A DNA stretch of 64,000 nt from Haplodiscus bocki. Its lineage: Eukaryota. The translations under genes and the position numbers were made by a program. The stretch covers positions 23,622,001-23,686,000 of the forward strand of contig OZ296658.1 in the NCBI GenBank assembly GCA_965655095.1. The letters are read 5' to 3'. The notes beneath the pieces are model-generated. The model did no database searches and was not told where the DNA came from. It saw only the letters and a program-made list of their open reading frames with translations. This document shows, one piece after another, positions 1 to 14,494 of this stretch; the first letter of the stretch is position 1; the number at the start of each line of letters is the position of its first letter.

Positions 1-481
1 TTAAACTTCAAAAACAAAAAACACCGAAAATAATATATGATTTACTTCCCAGATGATAATAGTTACGTCGATGTGTTTTTGTTTGTAATATTCATATTTC
101 TTTTCCGAGTTTGTATTCTATCCATACAACCTATACTCTCACTGATTTCATTCGCTCAGATCTTTCCATTCTCTTAATCTTCGTAGCGCTTTTTCTTTCT
201 GACTTTATTAAATATTGTAAATCGGATGTTGATATTGGTCTAAAACCAAAATTAGTTTTTTATCATAAGCGGATTTCTTCACCTGACTCAACAGATAGTA
301 AAAGCCCTTTCTTTTGAGTTCACGCCTGACACGACCTTTGTTGAGGTGTAGGAAGGCAACAGTCGCAAAATTGAAGTGGGAGCCTTGTCCTGAGTTTTGA
401 GATAGTTTTCTAGCTCGAAATGGAGTGGTTTTTGAGACTTTCCACTTCTATTTCGAACACCCCACCATTGAAAACTTCACA
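1..481 (+). repeat. 5' LTR of element 1 (3' part)
   Basis: Ends ...CTTCACA like the copy ending at 14975; followed by a degenerate PBS-like sequence (TAGTGCGACCAGCGGGG) and a leader with repeated AAACTGGT motifs. Confidence 0.85.
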
Positions 482-1110
482 AACTAGTGCGACCAGCGGG
501 GCTACAACATACAAACTGGTGAGTGAGGCACATTGCGAAATAGTGTGACCAAACCTAAACCACAAACTGGTGAATGAGACATATAACTACAGACTGGTCA
601 GTTAGACCAGCAACATACAAACTCTTGAGAAAGACAAATACACAAACGGGTACGACCAACAAAACTGTGAAGTACGAATCTACGAAACCACAAACTGGTC
701 TCTGAGAGACTCCGAAAAACAGATCCGATGAATCAGTGACAACACTTCTCAAACTGGGTCAACAACTAACTGGTGAGGCACCTACAACGAACCAGTGCTA
801 CCACACTCTATAGACAGCACTTCGCAAACTTGCAGGACGAAGATTAATCTACGAACTGGTGTGGTTACTGGAAAACAATACAATGAGTTGTCAGTGACAC
901 ACTCGGCTACTTGATTGAATCTACAACCCTGATACCGAAGGGACTTCACGGACCTAGCTTGATCATACTCCGCCAACTGGTGAGATTCAAAGATTCATAG
1001 TGAGACAAACATAAATTGTTAAGTGAGAATTTTAATTTCATATTCTACTTTAAACTGACTGAAAGAATCTGTCGAAAGACAGACACCCACGAAACCAGAC
1101 ACTCCCGAAA

Positions 1111-2365
1111 ATGGAAGAGAACACAGTATCATTTCCAGACTTGGCCCTAGACAAACTTTTGGGTAACGATCCCGATCAAGATGCAAAATCACTTCTACTC
1201 ACAGTCAAAAACAAAATCAATTTCTCCCTTCGATCACAACCAACTGACTACGCTGAAAGAGGACGTTATTTATTCAGAAAGAACGCCGTTTTTTCTTCAC
1301 TTCTTCGAGGACCAGCAGCAGAATGGTATGCCAACTCAATAGGCGATGCAGCAACTTGGGACTAGATCAAAACCGTTTTCATTGGTAGATTTTCAGATGA
1401 CCGAGACAAATACAAACACAGAATCACAGCAGAGAGTTATGTGCGAGGTAACGAAGAGTTAATCGGAAACTTTTATCACAGAGTCAAAAGCGCCGTTGAC
1501 AAAGGGTGGCCACTAGACCCAAACGGGAACCAGACCGAAAGAATTGATCAAAAAGACCAAAGAAAGGCCAAATACATTGAATTCACAGTCAAAAGACTCA
1601 GACCAAACGGACTAAGGAGAAAAGTTCATCAATATTTGATAGAGCAGCCGAATGCAACTTGGGATGCCTTCCAGGCTCATATGAAGTCCAAAGACGTCAT
1701 CTACACAGTCAGCTCAGAACTAGTGCCTAATGCCACTACCGATCAAAATACCAAACTCCATTCTCTGGAGCATAAGATTAAAGAACTCACTGCATTGTTT
1801 AAAGAGCAACAAGTGAACCAACTCAACCAATCTAGTCCCCGACCTGCAAAAGCCGATAACAAATCGAGACAGAGAATTACAAGATTCTGCTCATATTGCC
1901 GGAGAAAAGGGCACACCCTCATGTACTGCAGAACCGAAGCCCACGATGAAAAGATTAAAAAACAACAGACACGGAACAACCAAGGGCGTCGAACAGTTTT
2001 CACTCATGATTACAATAGAAGAAGAGGACCAAAGTCTGGGTCTCAGAAAACTCAGACTTTTAATCAGCAACCCAGATACGGAAATCAAAACAATCAGACA
2101 TCCTATCGACAAACTGGCTTCAATCCAGGTAGAACAGGAATCCAAACTCAGATAGACAGTATCACCAAAGCAGATCAAGCAACTCCTGGAACAACGGACC
2201 AAATGACCGACAGCAAACTCAATATAACTTCAACGTTAGACCAGAAAATCAATACAATAAAAACTTTCCACAGAGCAAAATTTTACCTACACCCAACTCA
2301 GTTCAATTTATTGATCAGTCACAAAATGTAGTAAGTAATTTATCGGGCTTCTTCCCGTTAAACTA
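1111..2365 (+). pseudogene. gag: gag of element 1 (interrupted)
   Basis: ORFs 1111-1365 and 1441-2331 contain the capsid-like LRGPAAEWY segment and a CCHC knuckle CSYCRRKGHTLMYC; in-frame stop and frameshift. Confidence 0.85.
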
Positions 2366-2399
2366 TTGATGTCTCCGAGACCAGAGGAAAAAAGTAACT

Positions 2400-5300
2400 T
2401 CAAGTCACGTTTCCATATGAACGCCTTTTCCTTTCCCACCGGAGACAGCCAAAAAGATACTGGACTCGAAATTGGTTTTATGTTCTACACCGGGGCAGCC
2501 TGTTCAATCATAAATTAACGAACCTTCCTTGAAATTGCTCAATTTAGAGAACAGATCACTGTAGTCAGAAGTAAACAGAAAACAAAAGCCTACACTGGCG
2601 ATATTGAACCCATTTCTGAACATACCACCCTATCTCTCAGCTTTATATCAGATGGCGAACAACAGTTTGAACTACGAATATGGGTTAGAGAGACAGAGAC
2701 CTCGAATCTACCCCGGATCGAATTTTGGCGTCAATACGTTTCGAAATTGCACTTCGAAATACCAGCAATAGAACTCAAAAATACGGCGAACGCTATCTGT
2801 TACGGTAATATGTGTTCAACAAAACCTTATTTGTTTGTCTCAAAGATACACACTATCAGAAAACCTCATCAGCATCATATTGATGCCACAACCTCCAGAG
2901 TTTGAAAATATTTATCGGAAGATAACGCGAAAAGTTACCCACTAGGAATCACCTATGTTCCTCGTCGACACTCAGTCAAATCAGGACCAGATTTTGTTAT
3001 TGTACTTTGTACTCAATCTGGAACTTATTTACTAATCTTGATGGAAAACAACAGAAATCACCAAATAACACTGGATAGAGGAGTTATTGGATATTCTTCA
3101 CTCGATATCTCAGGCTATGATAGACCCAAATGTCATATCAAAGACTGTGTCTAGATGGTGAATTCAATTCTTACGGAGAATGACCAATATGGAGAATGTT
3201 TCCTCCTCCATTTTACAGTTCCATGTGAACCTGATATGAAAGATCAAATAGAGAAACGGAATGGAAAGGAGGAAACAATTTTTCAAGCTAATATCCCCAT
3301 CGCGCATTGCCTTTCAGCCGACGCAAAGACGAATAAGGGATTTGCAGAAGCAGTTTGCCGTAGAAAGATCAGACTTCAAGAATACTGCAGGAAAGCCAAA
3401 GCACCCGTAGTTTCAACTCTCCCCTACTGGGATCCAGAATCCAACAATTTCATCTACAATCTAGTAACTAAATCAAAAATTTCGAAAAGCCAACGCTAGA
3501 CAACTTTCGAATCTCACTCAAAAATATGAGACGACATGCTCTACTTAGCAAAATCACCAAAATTAATGACAAAATCGTGTCCGGATTAGATAAACTTCAA
3601 TGGACTGACGTTTTCAAACTCATACAAGATACCTTCACAAATTACGGAATCCAGATCCAGATAATCACCACAAGAGAAACAGACTCCATAAGAGGAAACT
3701 TTTCATTCAACAACGAGCACTATGTAGAAAATCAATTAGACAACTACACGAGCGAATGGACTAAAGAACGAGATGAACTGGAAACAGAATTAACTAGAGA
3801 TTCAAAATCCTGTCAACCGCCTCGCACCAAATAATTCCCTATCTTGAGACCAAAACAAGTCAGTGATAATCTAGTCGATTACTATCTTGCATACCAATCA
3901 TCAGTCATTAAGAATCTCATGAAACAACTCGTTTTTCGGTACGCCGACATCCAGGATGAAGAAGTAGTTACTCTGATTGATATGATCAAAAAAATCCAGG
4001 GACGTGTATTCCCAACACAAACTCGACATCAGCCAGACAGAACAGAAATTTCATGTTACTCTGAAACCTAATTCAGAACTCGGGAAACAACGACCTAGCA
4101 AGTGCCATCTTCATCTCAAAGATAAACTGGAAAAACAAATTCGACAACGCCAAGATTCTGGTATAATTCGAAAAACGGGAGGTGATGATGATTTGGGATC
4201 ACTTTTCGTTAATCCAATCAAACTACTGCCAAAAGCAGATAATTTTAAACTTGTCAATGGTGCTAGATACCTAAACTCGATCACCGACCTAATTAACTAC
4301 TCGTGGCCATTAGAACCAGTCCTGTTGATTATGACAGGAATCAATGTCAAATCTTTTACAGCAAGCGACCTTTCATGTGTCTATCACCAGGTCCCTCTAT
4401 CTCCTGAAACACAAAAATTGATAAGTTTTGTAATAGGAGGAAAGCAATAAATCTACCATGTTGGATTTTACGGACTTTTTGGTCAATCTCAATGGTTCAC
4501 TCGGTTGATGGCTATTAACTTCGAACCCCTCATCAAAAAGAAGAAAACTGTCACACACCTTGATGACAGTCTACCCCAACCTCAAACCAAAGCAGGAACG
4601 TGAACGATTTTTCACGAATAACAATAACTTCTTCGCAAAGGAAACCTTAAAGCAGCGCCGGACAAAACTCATTTTTTTTCTTGAGAAAAGTAAAATTTCT
4701 TGGCTATGTTGTGTACGAACAAGGGATCCAACCAGTTGCAAAAAAAGTGAAAGACCTAGAGAATCTGAAATCTCCTGAGAGCAAAAAAGATGTAAAGAAA
4801 GTCCTCAGATGCTTTGGTTTTTACCGTTTCTTTATCAAGGACGTCCACGTCGATAGTAAACCATTCTACGAGTTGATCAAAGATACTACTTCTTTTAAAC
4901 GGACCGATCTGCATGAAGAACTATTTATAAAAATCAAAACCGAAATCTCCGCAGACACTATATTGGCAGTACCTTCAAATGGGAACCCCTTCCACAAACA
5001 CAACGACTCCTCTAACGTCGGAGCTTGTTGCATACTAGTCCAACAATTTCTCGAAAGAAAAAGAACAGTCTCATTCAATTCGAGAGATTTCGATAACGCT
5101 GAACAGAAAACGTAAACCCTTCACCGTTAATTAAGTGGGATAGTATTCTCACTACAAACCTGTGATCATTAATTTCCGATATATCTCTTCTGTGATCACA
5201 AACCCATTCTTTATGTCTGGCGACGAAAAGGACAACTATCTAACGGATTTTTCAAAAATCAAGTCAACATCACCAATTTTCTCAACATCAAAACCATCCG

Positions 5301-7400
5301 GACACCCGGGTCCAATCTCGCTTTTCCTGACATCCTGAGCAGAAACTTAACACTATCAGAAGCAAATACACTACAACTTCATTAAAAAGAGATCCCAGAC
5401 CAAATATCATTTTTTGATCAGGTTGGCCACAAAGTGCGCTAAATTATCAAGCACGAAGATGAACAAAACGCATCTTATAACAACTTCTACCCCATCATCT
5501 GCCAACAATGTCTTAAAAAAAATACTCTCAGACCTAAAAGCGATGAAAACGAACATCATGTTGAAATTTATCTTGAAGGTAATGAAGTCTTAGATACCAT
5601 GCAAGACATGACTGACTGCTTTAAGCTCGGGAAGACCATAAACCAATACAAACAACTTGGCTCTAGCATTAGTCCTGCATCGAATACCTCTAGTCTCAAT
5701 GAACGAGAATACAGTGATTTTGAACAGTACGACGACGAACTTACACATGACGAACCTGAAATAGCAGGGCTGAACTTTGAAAGTCAAGACCCTGATTTCC
5801 GCAGAGATAACACCGTAGCGCACAAATCGTCCCGTACAAAAACCGAGTATAAACCGATTCTCAAGAAATTGATTTCTTTCGCGCTGTTTCCTCACGTAGA
5901 CACATCCAATCTGATTCAGGAACTTAGTGATTTCGCTCGCCATGCTGACTGAGACCTACAAACACCATTAGAAGAACAACTCAACGATCCTGTAAAACAA
6001 GTTCTTCGCAAATGCGTTAAAACATCAAACACAAGAACTCAGAAAATAACCGACATTAACCAATCAAAAGCCCTGCGAGCATAATACAACCAATTTGAAC
6101 AACTTTTCATCGAAAGTGGCACTAATTTCCTATGTTACGGAGAACCAATTCAGGACACTTCCAAAACCGAGATGAAAATCTGTGCTCCTCTATCGCTTTT
6201 TCAACCACTCTTTTCTTTAGCCCACACTCGTAGCCATAGTGGTTACCCAGGAAGATTCAAAACTTTTCAAAATATCAGACAATATTTCTTTTGGCCAGGA
6301 CAATACAAGTGGATAGTTTACCTAATAGAAGGTTCCATTGAATGCCGAACTAATAAACAGAAAAGACATGACCTAAACGAAACACCATTGGAACAATGGG
6401 GAAAACTAGAAACGAAACCTTTCAAGACGAAACATATGGACCACAAGAGACAACTTCGCCCAAGCAGTGGTTCAAATACCCATTGCCATGTCATAGTAGA
6501 GGCCTTTTCTCAATTTCCCGGAGCTTATCCAATTAGAGGCACCAGAGCTGAGAGCACCATCAACACATTAGAAAAATGGATCATATCGTATGGTATACTT
6601 CAAAAAATTGTTTATGATAACGGTTCAGCCTTCATAAACAGTGACTTCACTAACTGGACCAAAGAATTTGGTATAACACTTGATCCTCGTACTACTTACT
6701 CGCCATGGACCAACGGCAAAGTCGAAATGCAAAATCAGCACTTCACTAGATACTGGCGAAAAATCATGAATCAGTCTGGCAACAATTGGTCAAAACTTAC
6801 AGACAAATTTGCGTTTGCACATAACACAAGCGTCAACCATACAACTGGCCAAACGCCTTGCGAAATCGTTTTCGGAACAAAACCAAAAGTTCCAATGATT
6901 CCTGAACTCAGACTATTACGAAATAAAAATAAGCAGTGCAAATCCGATTTTTCCAATGGACTTCAATCTCATACACATAGCGAAAACAACCTGTCGAATA
7001 TTTCACTTAATTGCCTACTCCGACCACAGCTTTCCGATGAATTACTAAGACGAAAAAACGACATTATACAAATTTATTAGTCAACTTGTCAAAGATGCCG
7101 CTAGAAAACGTCAAAAGCACACGAGCACCGAAACCGATATTGAATCGGACGACCAATCAACTTAGGACAAAAAGTCTTTTTTAGAAAATCACTCACAGGA
7201 TCAAACGAAATCTCACTAATTTTAACGACAACGAGTCGCACCGTTTACACTGACAAAAGAAATCACGAACGCAACATACGAAATACGAGAAGATGCCAAC
7301 CCAGACAACGTCAAAACTACGCAAAGAAATCACCTAATCGAAAATTTTCTGAAAGAAAAACAACTCCCTTGCTTCTTACTAACTTTGCTGTCATATCCAG
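2400..7400 (+). pseudogene. pol: pol of element 1 (PR-macrodomain-RT-RNase H-integrase), disrupted
   Basis: Decayed protease motif (FYTGAACSII, ~2480), RT segments (DLSCVYHQVPL, HLDD), RNase H (DSSNVGACCILVQ), integrase (HTRSHSG..C, YDNGSAF, NGKVEMQN). Confidence 0.9.
3260..3670 (+). other. TARG1/OARD1-like macrodomain remnant in element 1 pol
   Basis: IAHCLSADAKTNKGFA...FIYNLVTKSK...SGLDKLQWTDVFKLIQDTF follows the Poa1p/TARG1 motif order and aligns with the intact copy at 39849-40250. Confidence 0.8.
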
Positions 7401-8819
7401 AGACACCCATTTCTCTGAACATTTGGTCAACTTACAAATTGAGCATTACAGCTCTGGTAGAGAAAGCAATTCCCTTGGCGTATTGCGTTCTATAATAACG
7501 CTTATCCAAAACAATTCAGATAGCCAACATTAAGATGATTTTGAGTTTTCATCTAGTGCAGACTCTGGAATTCAATCGCCTGCAAGTTGGATACAACATT
7601 CACCTAGAAGTCAAAATTCAAGCCCGTATGAAAATAGAGCATTTTTCTTTTTACCCCAATTTCAATCACAAACTGTGCTTATGACTCCTATGCCTAGACA
7701 ACCGCCCGAGCTACCAAAGCCAAGACGTGATTCACAGCCTACTAATTCAAATACCCCACCAAAATTAAGCAATGCTACTGATAAAAGCAAAATAGCCCAG
7801 TTCACGACGACAAAAAAACAGAAAAAAGAAATCTTAATAACTGACTCAGAAAACTCCAAAGAAAGGGATACAAGGACTAGAACAATTTATTACAAAATTT
7901 ACATTATGAAATTTATTCACGGTTAATTTCTATATGCGCCCCAGTCTCTGCTAAAAAATCAAGTATCTCCCTGTACTCGAATGTTTCCTCCCATTGTTGG
8001 ATAACCTGCTGCTTCCCGATATATCCCAGCCACTCATAGCCCTGCTGGATGGTTTCCAATTTGTGCCAGAGCATATTAACAAAAAAGGAAACTAGAGCAG
8101 CTTACCACTACAACAGAACAATTTAACTGCAAAACAAGACAAGAAAAACCAACTAGTAAAGGAAACTCATGAAAGATCAATAGGCCTTACAACGTCCCCG
8201 GAAACAGTCTCCAGAATGGTCACAAATGACTAGGAGAAACTCGTCTGCGCCATGTCGTCTCTTGGAAAGAAGGGCATCGTCAGCTCCCGATTGACGAAAT
8301 GCAATTTCGCCATTTCCTGGACAAAAAGAAAATAGCCCCACACAGCACCTTCTGAAGTCCTTTCAGCCAACGATCAAAAGTAGAAATAATTTAAATTTGA
8401 AGAAAGGACTGAAACAAAAGAAATTGTGAAATTTCTTTTTCAGGCATCCCCCATGCTAGTTCAAAATTCTCCTCCACAGTTTTTTTCTCATTCTACATCA
8501 TTTTGTTTCCCTTACTCAAAAACTTGTTTTTCGAAATTTTTGTTCAACGGCAGTGGGTCAACTCAGTAGCAGATCCAACTTCGTAAGAATATGTAAAGAA
8601 AAAAAAACTTACAGCAAAAAATTTTCGAGTCAGACTGAGTAGCTCAAAAGAAAAAGAAACTTGAAGAAAAGACCCCATTTGCTAAACAAAACAACAACCG
8701 ACGACAACACCATAAACCTTTGTCTCATACACCCCTTGTTTTCCTGTCTTTTTTCAAACATTTCTATTTTCAACTAGTCTAATGTTTCACCAAAACTCTT
8801 CCTATCCCCCACTAATAGA

Positions 8820-9065
8820 CAAAGTTCTGTTCTACCCTTCTTTTCTCCTATCCTTCCTTTCCTCTACCCTTCTATTGTTCTATCCTTCTATTGTTCTGTC
8901 CTTCTATTGTTCTAACCTTCTTTTGTTCTACCCTTCTTCTGTTCTATCCTTCTATTGTTCTACCAAACTTTTGTTCTATCCGCCTATTGTTCTATCCTTC
9001 TATTGTTCACCCATTCTATTGTTTTAAACTTCTATAGTTTTATCCTTCTGTTGTTCAACTGCCTA
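8820..9065. repeat. Pyrimidine-rich minisatellite (unit like CCTTCTATTGTTCTA)
   Basis: Directly visible degenerate tandem units inside element 1. Confidence 0.8.
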
Positions 9066-10847
9066 TAGACATTTTTTTTCGTTTTGAACGTCTTTTGTGC
9101 TAGCATCCCTTGATCCAACGTAAACCCACATTCCAGAACTCAACTTAAACAAAAAAATGCCTTAAACAAAAACGAACACATGATCGTGCTCAATCATCTT
9201 ATCTTGTTTCAAAAATATCACACAGCCCAAAAACAAGTTTTGAAAAATCATGCATTTCATCCTTTTAGTTGCATGCCTAACAGAGAAGAAAACATTAGAA
9301 AGTTCATCAAATGGTAGACCGTGCTGATAGAACCACAAAACTACATTTATTGGATACGACGTTTTTGCAGAAGCCAAAGTCTACCAAATTGAATAACACT
9401 GCCAGCGAAAAAGAGACAACTGTCTTGATGTATTTTAAAATAAAAAACACAATCGTTGAGATATTTCAATTTGAAAAAAAAAGAACCACATTGCATTCTC
9501 CTACGCACAAGAAAGCCTCAGATTAAAAAAAATATATATTTACCATCATAGAAAGAACTCTATGTTTTCCATTTTTTGAAGCAGTATTCAAGCTTCCACA
9601 TGCCGTTCCATCCAACCTACACTTAGCCGAACTAACTGATATAATTGACAACAATAATGTTTGATCTAGACGAAGACATTTACAACGAAAATAAAATTGA
9701 AGAAATAGAACCCAATTGCCCAGGTACCATAACCGTACCCTCTAAAGCGAGCCATGATTTTAGGACAACAAAACTTAAATGGTCAATCCAGCACCCATTT
9801 CGTCCAACAACTAATATCAATCCAATAGACAAACCCGCTCATCCAATCGTCCTCGAAATCAAAAAGGGAAAACTTGCCTTGGCAAAACTTTTCATCACTC
9901 TGGCTGTCTGTAGGAAATCTCCTGAACCGCATCTTACTCAACACGATTATCATATTCTATGACAACTGATGGACACTGCTGAATTTCATGTGGGAACCCA
10001 TACAAGCTATTATATACAAGAAATCAAAAAGGTAGTACAGAAACAATCCAACTGATTGTCGTCAATTCTGGTGGTGCCAGAACTCAATCTTTGCAGCTGG
10101 TGGTGCCAACATTTGTGCCTTATAAAAAGTGGTGCCTTTTTTTGTTCTTTTTCCACTGTTGGTGCCAGTGGCCTTTATTAACTTTTTCATTTCAGGTGCA
10201 TTTTTTACAACTAGTGGTGGTAGCTAATTACCTATTTCCACTGGGGGTGCCAGTGATGTTTGTTAACTCTTTTTTAAGGCTCGAAATAGAAATTAACTGA
10301 TTTTTTTCCAGAACCCCCCTCTAACGTTTTTCTTTTCAGCTGCAACCATTTTTCCTCTTTAGCTCTAACCAATTTTTTGAGCAGTTTGTTCCGGCTTGAA
10401 AGTGCAGAAGAGTGTCTTCCCCGTTTAAAGGTACCGGTGTGTGGTGTTTTCTGGCTTAAACGTGCTGAAGGGTGTCTTCCCGGCTTAAAAGAGCCGATGT
10501 GTTCCTTTTCCGGTCTAATTTGCCGAAGTTTATTCTGTGTCCTAAGTTACTCAAAATTGTTTTCTGGCCAATAATGTCAAATTTAACCATTGTTAGCACC
10601 TCGACCGAAGTTGTCATATCGTTTCAGTTACTATGTGCTTGAATATCTGCATAGCCAAAGAGCTAGCTACAGTACAAACCTTCTGTATGATTTGGTTAGC
10701 TAGTTGCTAATTTTTGTCATATAAAAACATTTCTTTATTTTAGCTTTGCTCGAAGTACCGTTTTCATTTGTGATAATGAATAAGAAAAAATTCCTTTCAT
10801 AGAATGTGTTATATTTCTTTTGATGCTAAACATTTTATGTGACAAGC

Positions 10848-12898
10848 ATGAACCTATACCTGATTATATTTCACCTTCTGTACAAGTATCCCACTAAGAC
10901 TGCAGCAAGATGACAAAAAACAATATTTATTCATTAAACTAATTAGACACTGAAATATGGCACCACAGAATATCAAAATGAACGATGTAAAACTGACTAT
11001 GTATACAAAAGGCTTTCGAACCGAAGTCAATGCTATATATTGCAGAATAAAGCACCAAAGGAACAGATTGTATTTCGGGATGCATGACCATTCTAGTATG
11101 GATATTGAACAACCACAGATAACAAGTGATATCGACCTGACCCCTGAACAATGCAAGCAAGCCTCCCAGGGAAGATCACGTACTGTGTTCGACCACAAAC
11201 TAGCTTTTGCAAAGGGAAAGAAAGAAACTCATCATAAATGGACAAGAGAAGTATATGGAGACTACGTGAACGGGTGTAAAATCTATGAATGGATAACCAA
11301 AGATACCCTTGAAAGTAATATACAAGATATCACTTTGAAAGTGAGAATTAAAGATGAAAAAATCTTCAACCGAAACGATCAACTACTACCTTGTGACTGG
11401 GAAAAACTTGAATGTGAAAGTACATCATTAGATCCTTATGCCTATACGCGGAAAGCCCCTGAAAATTGTATAATAATAGTTTTAAAAGAAGACTATGCAC
11501 ACATGCTGAAAAATGACAACCACTATTAGATAGTTAACCAAAACACTTCAGACACGAAAAAAATATACGAGGTAAAGAATCTTCCTCAAAATCTTTGCAA
11601 CAAACTAACAGAAATTCATCCAACCATATACAGCTCAAGGTGGGTTGCAATTCACTATGGTGGATTTGATATGAAAATAGGACGGAAAATTATTGAACTG
11701 CTTCCTCGTTTTTTTTTGCAATATCAGAATAATGCGTTCTTTTCGAAACCTGGAAAATTTTACGTCTACAGTCCTCAACCCAAACCAGCTGGTCTATATA
11801 TCAACACTTGGTTGAAAATGGACTACGAACTACAGCAAGCAACAAAACTTGACTACCTTTTCATCGAGAGTTCGAGAGCGCTACAGGCATCAGAACTGAA
11901 TCTATTGAGGAACCAATGCAAACAAGAAAGAATTCAAATCTTCACTATCCTGATGCTATCAATTGAAAATCCCAGACTTGCGGGATACATGCTCACAAGA
12001 AATAGATCAATGTTTCCAGAGACAGACTGAAACCTAGCATGGATCTACTGCTGTCCACAAGTAAGATCATCCCTACACACCCTCAGCCAGTGCTACGACA
12101 AAATACCCACCCTTTAAAAAGTACAAAAACATTTCATGGACCCCTGTACTAGCCAAGCTTTACCCGATGCTGTGCCACAAAATTGCTCAGACCGGATAAA
12201 AAAATTATTCCCAATGGATATGGACCAAAATTTTTCATGGTATTCCCTATCAGCTGAAACTACCCACAGAGACAGACCTGCACCGATCGCCCCTAAAGAC
12301 ATTTCTCCCGTTACTACACAAAAGTTTCCCCAATCATCCAAAGCAGGAATGTATACCAAAGGCCAACATAACTCAACGATTTTTGGGACGATATCTTATT
12401 GAGTTCAGCATCAAAGAATGCCTTGCAAAAGTTAACACGAAACATGATAGTCCCCTCAAATGCAGCGAAAGTCTTAGACAGATACACCTACTATGCACCT
12501 AGAACAGACTTTTTCGTAGATAATATGATATCTCTGAATTATTCCGAGGATAATTTTGTTCAGACTGTCGGGACCGTTGGCTACTGGGTTGAGAAATGTG
12601 GAATCAGGTCCGTTATATTCCTCTTCACAAAAAACTGAGTGTTAACATCACCGTCAGAGTGGTGAGAACCTTACAAATGCATCGGATAACTGGAAGATCA
12701 GTCAGTTCCGGAAATGTTTTTCTAGCAGCTACCTACAACCCTTTCATGGTTTCAATATTGAACGCAGTGTATTCACCAGCCAAACCCAACGAGTCTTCGA
12801 CACCTATACCTGCAGAAATGCAGGAACCTACGGAACACATCTATCTCTTTATTCAAACACTACCCAATAGCGCTTCCAACACCGTTTCACCTGTCTAA
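10848..12898 (+). pseudogene. env: env-like glycoprotein of element 1, class III (chuvirus-G/gB-like) pattern, disrupted
   Basis: Signal-peptide-like start (MNLYLIIFHLL), Cys-rich ectodomain, segment NQC..ER...LSIENPRLAGYML...CPQV......CYDKIP......FMDP.T.......C, and a C-terminal hydrophobic remnant; located between integrase and 3' LTR. Confidence 0.7.
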
Positions 12899-14494
12899 AA
12901 ATGTTTATTCTATTTTCCGTTTCAACATTATGACCAACGAAGATTGACCCCTCTCTGATCTAGACTTTCGATTATCCAAGAACAATATCACAGAAAACGA
13001 TCTTCTACAGCTTCCAGAACTACTCCTTGAAGAGCCAAATAACTCCCCTAGCAAAACTTCTCTCACTCACGAACCAGGAGATCTATCTGTCACACCAACC
13101 GATAAAACTACAATCGCCCTGAACGATAGAACCAGAAAATGAAAAACAACTATCCCCTTAAGACAGCTCTCTCAGAAACAGAAGAAAAGCGAAGAAGCTG
13201 CGCTTAAAATCAACTTCACAAAAAATTCAAACTTCCAGTTTACCCTAACCTACAAAATTAAAGGAAACATAAATCAGTGAAGAACCGTTTGATGATATTC
13301 TCTCCTGGCACTTCAAAGGAATGATTCAAATCAGTGTTTTCAGGCCAGACAATTCTGGTTAATCTGGACAAATCTTCTGAAGAGAGATGATAAAACTACA
13401 GTCTGCTCCTCACGCCCATCGCCTGTCCAAGCAAACCCAAGTTGTGGTATTTTATTCTACCTTCCCCATGAAGAAATGTTCAACACACACAAGAACCTTA
13501 TAAAGAAGGATAATGTCTATATCCAGATAAAGATCCTTGACTTCCCGTGAAACCTGGTTACAACTTCGACAACCGTGTACACCGGGTGAGATGCCGTGTT
13601 GGACATACAGCAAAAAGAGGAAGAAAAAGAAAAACTTTCAAAAACTAAAACTTAGAGCAATAACATTTTGTATCCGCCATTTTGACTGCCGATGTGCAAG
13701 TTCGAAACGTCCTTGATTTACGTACAACCACTTCAAATCTAACGCCGCCATTGCCCCGTCACCTACCTTATATGGACCTTAACGTCAGCCAGTAAAAGAA
13801 AAGAATCAACTCCCGAGAAAACAACGTCACGTCATCTGATGTCAATTGACGTCATGTGTGTTTTAACATTATAAATACTGACGACTCTAAATTCACGTGA
13901 TTGGTGACGTGACTCGGCGTCATACTCGGTGCCAATACAGTGCTATCCTCATTCTGATGGGCTCCCGAGAGCATTAAATTTAGTATATATAGCGGACCAA
14001 AATTGCCGTTTTGGCGCGCTCCCATCCAGCTCAGATCAGATGTCACCAGATACGTGAATTCACTCCAGCCATTTACCAGCAAAGACAGATCGAACCCATT
14101 GCAGTACTCTCTGAGCAGTAATCGATAGTCGAATAATGTTTCCACTTTTGAATTTATTTCTAACCTCTTTTTGGTGATATTTTTTTTTATAATATAAATT
14201 TAACTTTCCTTCTGATGTAACTAAAAATTCAATTAACCACGTTTAAACCTTCAACTCAAAAAAACAGTCAAACAACTAAGTTTCATTTAGACTTTTTTTC
14301 AACTAAATCTAAAACCAAAATGAAATTTTTACTTCAAAGACTTAGCAAAACTGCTGGCTAATAACGAACTTGGCAAAGTGCTGTTTGTCTAAAACTCATT
14401 TCACTGTCCTCAGTTGACAACACCTTAGCAATCTTGCGGACCCCTAGCAAACTTGGCTATCTGCCGTTAGCTCATACTGTCTGCGAATGGCAAT

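Noticed and set aside
8782-9027. Hydrophobic 81-aa ORF
   Set aside because: Translation of a pyrimidine-rich minisatellite.
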